A stretch of DNA of 35,953 bases from Sanchytrium tribonematis (Eukaryota). This document shows positions 33,299-35,953 of the stretch, piece after piece; the stretch's first letter is position 1; each line of letters starts with the position of its first letter. Position numbers and translations under genes: made by a program. The stretch lies in contig JADGIG010000036.1 of assembly GCA_018985235.1 (NCBI GenBank), positions 1-35,953 on the forward strand. The letters run 5' to 3'. The notes beneath the pieces are model-generated. The model ran no database searches. It was given only the letters and a program-made list of their open reading frames with translations, and was not told the origin of the DNA.

Positions 33299-34882
33299 GC
33301 TATGATAGAATATGCAAGGGGAAAATTACGAAACAAGCGTAAACGTAAACAGAAATCGCAAGGTCCCTATAAGGCTTGGAAAATCTCTTTTTGATTTGGT
33401 GAGCGATTTTCTTGTTTAGTTTGTGCAAAAACGTCAACCTATTTTTTAAAACTCAACAAACATGTGAGAAATATTTTTAAAATCATGAAATAGTAGATAT
33501 TAATGACTTCTCTTGTCGTCGGTAATGTTTTTAGACCACTCGGTTGTATATTTTCTACATTTAGACGCGATTTAAGTACGACCCAAATTTTAAAATTTGA
33601 ATTCAACACTTAAAAAATGTAATTTGAATTTAAAAAACACTTGAAAGAAAAGAAAATAGGTAGCTAAAATAATTTCATATCCATTCATCTCAAATTTTAG
33701 CTTTTAAATGGTATGGCCAGAGTGTGACAACATTTTAAAAATACTATTTTTATTTACGGACAAAATTAACTGTGAAACAATTCATTTACATTGTTATTAT
33801 TGACATTGTTATTAACAAAATATAACGTTGGGTAATTACATGTATAAAGTATAATGTGGTGGAGAAATAAGGATAATTATAGGTTATTTTAGGAAATGAA
33901 GAAGAATCAACAGAACATTACTCATTAATTGAGCAGAAAGAGCCTCTTGAGAATATCAGTGTACTTCAGATGTTTATCAATGATCAAGATACCCATACAC
34001 TTCTGTCAAGTTTATGTCTATGCAGAAAAGAAACGAAGATGAAAAAGTGAGAGCTAAACCAGTAAAATAAATGCAATATACCAATACAATCTGGGCTCGC
34101 GTGGCGTGGCCAAGGTGTCGAAGATTTGTTGAACTTGAAATAAGCGAGAAATGACTATATTTTCAGTAAATATCACTGAAAATTTACTTTATTCTCAAAT
34201 AATGTCACAAATTGTTTTTATATTCTAACATTTAAGATCTGTCAGGAAAATCAAATATACACGCCCATGTATCTAGGAATGCGGTAAATATGGTTTCCAT
34301 ATCTTTATTTGGAATAGGTACTGCTATTAAAAACCTACTTCCATCGTCCATTATTGTAAAATCCTGTCTTTTATCGCCTCTTTTTTAATAATTTGTCTTT
34401 TCTTGCTTTTTTTAACAAGACAATTTAATTTCATTCCAGTGCATTCCCGCGTGACCTTTAATCCATTTTGTGCTCACTTTTATGTATAATTCTGCATGGA
34501 TGGAAGATGCTGCATGATTCTTTGATGATGATGTACATGTAATTTGTTTGATTTTAATGACATTTTTAATATATAAAATGCAACTTGCCATATGTTATCC
34601 CCGAAGTGATGCATCAGTAAATATAGATTCAGATAACTTCATTTGTTGTACCTTAGCGATTATTTGGTAAATTTGATTGATTTGATGCCGATGACTGGAG
34701 TTGAACATGTTTTAAAGTCCAATGAAAAAGATGTAAATTTGATTTGAATCCAATATTTGAATCTTATGATTATGGTATTTATCGTGTAATTTATCCCAAC
34801 GGTGCTGTTGAAATATTTTGGTATTCTAGTTGATTTCTTAAAAAATCCTCGTAATAGTGTCTAGTATTAGAATAGATTTGCA

Positions 34883-35433
34883 TCACGGCGTCTTCACAGC
34901 CAGTACCAAAAGTATAAGCAAATTGATTTGATACTTTTGGCGAGTTGGATCACTAATGATTCTGTTGATATCTCCGTGAAAAAATAGCAGATGATCACTG
35001 ATTAATGGTCCAATTTGAGTAGGCCCAATTTTATGAGCAATGGACTCAATCAACATAATTCCATTAATGCATGATCCAGATGACACTCCTAGTCGTGTAA
35101 TAGGATCTTCTACATCATAGTCATTAATTATGCAGCTTGATCCTGTAAACATTATTTATAAAATTCAATTCATTATTTTTTCTAATTTGGACCATGCCAC
35201 AATTATAGTCACCAATCATAAAGAAATTATTAGATGATGCACGTCTTACATTTTAATAATTCATTATAAAACACATTTCCATCAATACTATTTGTCTTAT
35301 GTAAAAATACAATGAAATAATCACAAAATTGGACAAATAGAATGACTGGTGATTCAAACAGTACTATTGGATAACATTGGATGAATATATAGTGCCATTC
35401 CCAGTTGGGTAGACTCTGTTCTATTTGTGACAT
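34883..35433 (-). mobile_element. LINE APE endonuclease remnant (C-terminal half)
   Basis: FFMIGDYNC (GDFN-like), PITRLG...SCIN and ISDHLL (SDH) motifs occur in the expected order. Confidence 0.7.
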
Positions 35434-35953
35434 ATTTTATATTCTTGAACTTTGAGTGGAATTTTGAGAGTCTGGCCTCTGCGTAATTTTAATCCGGAAG
35501 GATTTCTCCAATTGTCTCAATTCCATCATGATCATAATATTCCCGGAGACCATTGGGCGTACGGAATTCTAATTTATACATGTTATTGTTGTTGTCGTGG
35601 AAATTGGAGTCAATTTGGTATGTATTGAATGGAATTGGGAAATATTCTGGATCGACAAATGTCATGGAATTTTTGATAAGTATTTGTGCATTAAAAGAAT
35701 GTGCTGGTGGTAAATCTTTTAATTTTGCATTTGAATTTAAATTACTCTGTTGTTTGTGGTCATTATATTCAATTGTGATAATTTGTGGGGATTTACAAGG
35801 ATCTGGTGGGCTGATATTGTATTTCTTTTCAGATGTATACTTCTGTGGCACAGGTTCTTTTTTTCTAAAATTATAATAATTAACTTGTATTATTTCCTCA
35901 AAAGATCTAGACCAAGTACGTCGGCAATGGGATTATTAACACCCTTAATATAG

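Overview
This is eukaryotic nuclear DNA with the standard genetic code. It is AT-rich and most consistent with a genome-compacted early-diverging fungus or holomycotan, which is an inference from protein similarity and gene density. The window has two sharply separated zones. Zone 1 (1-13055) is a very compact block of nine genes with spacers of 20-171 nt: a 5'-partial low-complexity protein, a DDHD phospholipase A1, ribosomal protein eL33, a small GPI-anchored protein, Rab1/Ypt1, Sft2, a 2-TM protein, glycogen debranching enzyme and a TmcB/TmcC-like multipass protein. Zone 2 (about 13100-35953) is a graveyard of degenerate transposons: pogo-like DDE_1, a Crypton-like tyrosine recombinase, Ty3/gypsy, several LINEs, Tc1/mariner and a PIF/Harbinger-group element with intact TIRs and an ATT TSD. 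The main finding is that the three broken host ORFs and one break in the recombinase gene are each repaired by removing a GT-AG intron of exactly 19 nt. These share the pattern GTA-N7-YTWAY-N-TAG|G, with an invariant A at -6. This points to a fixed-length miniature spliceosomal intron system. The recombinase gene is also bracketed by 21-bp inverted repeats built from tandem ATCGGGAA motifs. All family assignments come from motif recognition by eye; no searches were run.
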